DNA from: an uncultured Selenomonadaceae bacterium | GTDB taxonomy: Bacteria > Bacillota > Negativicutes > Selenomonadales > Selenomonadaceae | Length of the DNA: 36,327 bases | NCBI GenBank assembly: GCA_905233325.1 | Contig: CAJODU010000010.1 | Coordinates: 1 to 36,327, forward strand | Reading direction: 5' to 3' | Shown: piece after piece, positions 34,367-36,327 of the stretch | Layout: each line of letters opens with the position of its first letter | Position numbering within the stretch: position 1 is the stretch's first letter | Program-made: the position numbers and the translations under genes | The notes under the pieces: generated by a model | What the model saw: only the letters and a program-made list of their open reading frames with translations | Database searches by the model: none | Told to the model about the DNA's origin: nothing

Positions 34367-34966
34367 TTATTTGACGCGTTTTTTTCTTCTAATATACCAA
34401 ATAAGAATAATTGCTATACATATCACTACAAAGGCTATACTTGCTTCATGTCCGATTTCCAGAAGGTATTTCCAGCTCTCACCGAGTTTCATTCCGGCGA
34501 ATAAAATCAACATTGTCCAAGGCAGCGAGCCGATGAAGGTATAGAAAAGGAATTGCTTAAAATTGACGTGAGCAAATCCTGCCGGCAGTGAAATAAAAGT
34601 TCTGACAACAGGGAGCATTCTGCTGAAGAAGACAGCTTTTATACCATATTTGTCAAACCAACGCTGTGCCAAGTCAACATGAGATTTTTTAATAAAAAAA
34701 TATTTTCCATACTTGTCTACAAATTCTCTGCCCTTTGAATGTCCGACCATATAAGCAAATATTGATCCCAGCATACCGCCAACCATTCCGGCAACAGTAG
34801 CACCCGTGAAAGTCATACGCTCTGCAAATATCAAGTAACCCGCGAATCCCAATATCAATTCACTGGGAACAGGTATGCAGGCATTCTCCATCGCCATCAG
34901 AATAACGACAGCAAAATAGCCATACTGGTCAATGAATGTCAAAAAAGTTTGTGAAAGTTGCTCCAT
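34367..34966 (-). CDS. DedA/SNARE-associated family membrane protein
   Basis: 199 aa and polytopic. The sequence ENACIPVPSELILGFAGYL...RMLPVVRTFISLPAG is typical of DedA proteins. Confidence 0.8.
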   Translation of the reverse strand: MEQLSQTFLTFIDQYGYFAVVILMAMENACIPVPSELILGFAGYLIFAERMTFTGATVAGMVGGMLGSIFAYMVGHSKGREFVDKYGKYFFIKKSHVDLAQRWFDKYGIKAVFFSRMLPVVRTFISLPAGFAHVNFKQFLFYTFIGSLPWTMLILFAGMKLGESWKYLLEIGHEASIAFVVICIAIILIWYIRRKKRVK

Positions 34967-34995
34967 TACATCACCTAAATCACTAAAAAGTTACC

Positions 34996-35021
34996 TAAAA
35001 AATAAACTCGCCTCAGCGAGT
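34996..35021 (-). terminator. Intrinsic terminator downstream of tRNA-Pro
   Basis: On the minus strand ACTCGC-tgag-GCGAGT (35006-35021) is followed by TTATTTTTTAGG. Confidence 0.65.
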
Positions 35022-35060
35022 CGGATCAAATTTATATAATTTACATTAATTTCAAACAAA

Positions 35061-35137
35061 TGGTCGGAACGATGAGATTTGAACTCACGACCCCTTCCAC
35101 CCCAAGAAAGTGCGCTACCAAGCTGCGCCACGTCCCG
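35061..35137 (-). tRNA. tRNA-Pro (anticodon GGG)
   Basis: 77 nt, with a cloverleaf built by hand. The acceptor is CGGGACG/CGTTCCG with one G-U. The D arm is GCGC-AGCTTGGTA-GCGC. The anticodon arm is CTTTC-TTGGGGT-GGAAG. The variable loop is GGGTC. The T arm is GTGAG-TTCAAAT-CTCAT. The discriminator is A and CCA is encoded. Confidence 0.9.
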
Positions 35138-35146
35138 ACAAAAAGT

Positions 35147-35175
35147 AGTATATCACAAATATCGGCAATATGCAA
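35147..35175 (-). promoter_or_regulatory. Candidate sigma-70 promoter for tRNA-Pro (TTGCAT-17-TATACT)
   Basis: -35 is at 35170-35175 and -10 is at 35147-35152, both on the minus strand. The -10 ends about 9 nt before the mature 5' end. Confidence 0.55.
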
Positions 35176-35294
35176 TACATTTTTAAAAATTTTTTAAAAG
35201 AGTTAAACCTTAGCATAATATCCCCACACGGGGCTTGTCGAGCAGGCTTTTTTTTCTTATACTGGAAAAAATTCAACAATAGGAGTGATTAGTA

Positions 35295-36327
35295 ATGATC
35301 AAGAAGAGGTTGTTGGCTGCAATTTTAGCTGCCCTTTCGGCGGTAACTTTGAGTGGCTGCGGTTCTGAAGGTCAATCAAGCAGTGAGGATAAAACCTTCA
35401 CCTATGGCACGATTGCCTATGGCGTGGCTATGGAGAATACGGGGACGAATCCTCATGAGAGTTACAGCGGCTGGTCAACCATTCGCTACGGCATTGGCGA
35501 GACTCTCTTCAAGTTTAATGAGAAGATGGAGCTTGAACCCTGGATTGCCAAGGACTTTGAGCAAATTGACGAATACACTGTCAAAATCAACCTCAAGGAC
35601 AATGTAGTCTTTAGTAACGGTAAAAAGGTGGACGGTGCGGCAGTTAAGGCTTGCCTTGAGGATTTAATCACCAAGCACGACCGCGCGCCCAAGGATCTGA
35701 AGATTGATTCTATCACAGCCGACGGTCTCTCGGTGACTATCCACTCAAGTGAAAAAGTTCCTGCCCTGCTCAATTACCTCTCCGATCCTTATGGCTGTAT
35801 TGTTGATGTTGAGAGCGGTGAGGTGGACAGGATTGTCGTGGGGACAGGTCCCTACAAGGCAGTCAAAGTCACTGACACTCAGATTGATCTGGTGAGAAAT
35901 GAGAACTACTGGGGAGAAGTCAAGCCGAAGATGGATAAGATCATCGTCAAGAGCATAACCGACGGCGACACCTTGACAATGGCTATGCAGAATGGCGAAC
36001 TTGACGCCGTTCAAGGTCTGCCCTACTCAAGCCTTCAACTCTTCAAGAATGATAACTACAAGCTAAGTCAAGTTGACACTACAAGGGTATATCAAGCGGC
36101 CTTCAACTTCAAGACACCTGCCCTTCAAGATTTGAATGTCCGCAAGGCTATCTCAATGGCTATCGACAAGGAGAACTTCACGAAGGTGCTATTGAGCGGC
36201 AATGGCAGTCCTGCGGTGGGACCGTTTCCCGGCAATCTCTCCTTTGGTGATAATGCTGTCCATACTGTTGAATATGATCTTGACGGTGCAAAGGCACTTT
36301 TGGAGCAAGCTGGCTGGGCAGATACTG
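35295..36327 (+). CDS. ABC transporter substrate-binding lipoprotein, family 5 (peptide/nickel type). It is 5'-complete and runs off the right edge.
   Basis: My own translation is open from ATG 35295 (after TAGGAG) to the window end. The lipobox is LSGC. The sequence TLFKFNEKMELEPWIAKDFE...GTGPYK...NENYWG is typical. The ORF is missing from the track because there is no stop in the window. Confidence 0.8.
   Translation, partial: MIKKRLLAAILAALSAVTLSGCGSEGQSSSEDKTFTYGTIAYGVAMENTGTNPHESYSGWSTIRYGIGETLFKFNEKMELEPWIAKDFEQIDEYTVKINLKDNVVFSNGKKVDGAAVKACLEDLITKHDRAPKDLKIDSITADGLSVTIHSSEKVPALLNYLSDPYGCIVDVESGEVDRIVVGTGPYKAVKVTDTQIDLVRNENYWGEVKPKMDKIIVKSITDGDTLTMAMQNGELDAVQGLPYSSLQLFKNDNYKLSQVDTTRVYQAAFNFKTPALQDLNVRKAISMAIDKENFTKVLLSGNGSPAVGPFPGNLSFGDNAVHTVEYDLDGAKALLEQAGWADT

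Overview
This 36.3-kb window looks like ordinary chromosome from a low- to moderate-GC Firmicute, probably Clostridia-like. Supporting features are glyQ-glyS, dnaG-sigA, mtaB-phoH-ybeY, a 2-oxoacid:ferredoxin oxidoreductase, a HydF-like GTPase and GGAGG/GGTGA ribosome-binding sites. I call 32 protein-coding loci. One of them, sbcC, is split by a frameshift and also runs off the left edge; an ABC substrate-binding gene runs off the right edge. Neither edge-spanning ORF is in the supplied track, so I translated both by hand. I also call one tRNA-Pro(GGG), several sigma-70-type promoters and several intrinsic terminators. I see no transposase, integrase, phage gene, CRISPR array or recognisable defence or toxin-antitoxin module. 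All homology calls come from motif recognition only; no database search was possible. The minus-strand backbone mtaB-phoH-ybeY ... glyQS ... dnaG-sigA is the classic Firmicute arrangement, but the slot that usually holds dgkA/era/recO holds a tight five-gene operon instead (HydF-like mini-GTPase, secreted histidine acid phosphatase, metA between two secreted unknowns). No complete novel system is demonstrable. The candidates most worth a second look are listed below.
1. The 449-bp spacer after the CBS-pyrophosphatase gene is made of decayed copies of that gene's own 3' segment, and each copy folds into a hairpin with the same UGGUGAG loop.
2. A MATE-type transporter is fused to a degenerate SpoIIAB/RsbW-like GHKL domain.
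3. A four-TM-anchored carboxylesterase-fold protein has degenerate catalytic residues and is paired with a SYLF lipoprotein.
4. A complete promoter, SD and ATG fire antisense into that lipoprotein gene's 18-bp-repeat tail.
5. A korD-korA pair has no beta or gamma subunit genes.
6. The purC-purM spacer is structured.
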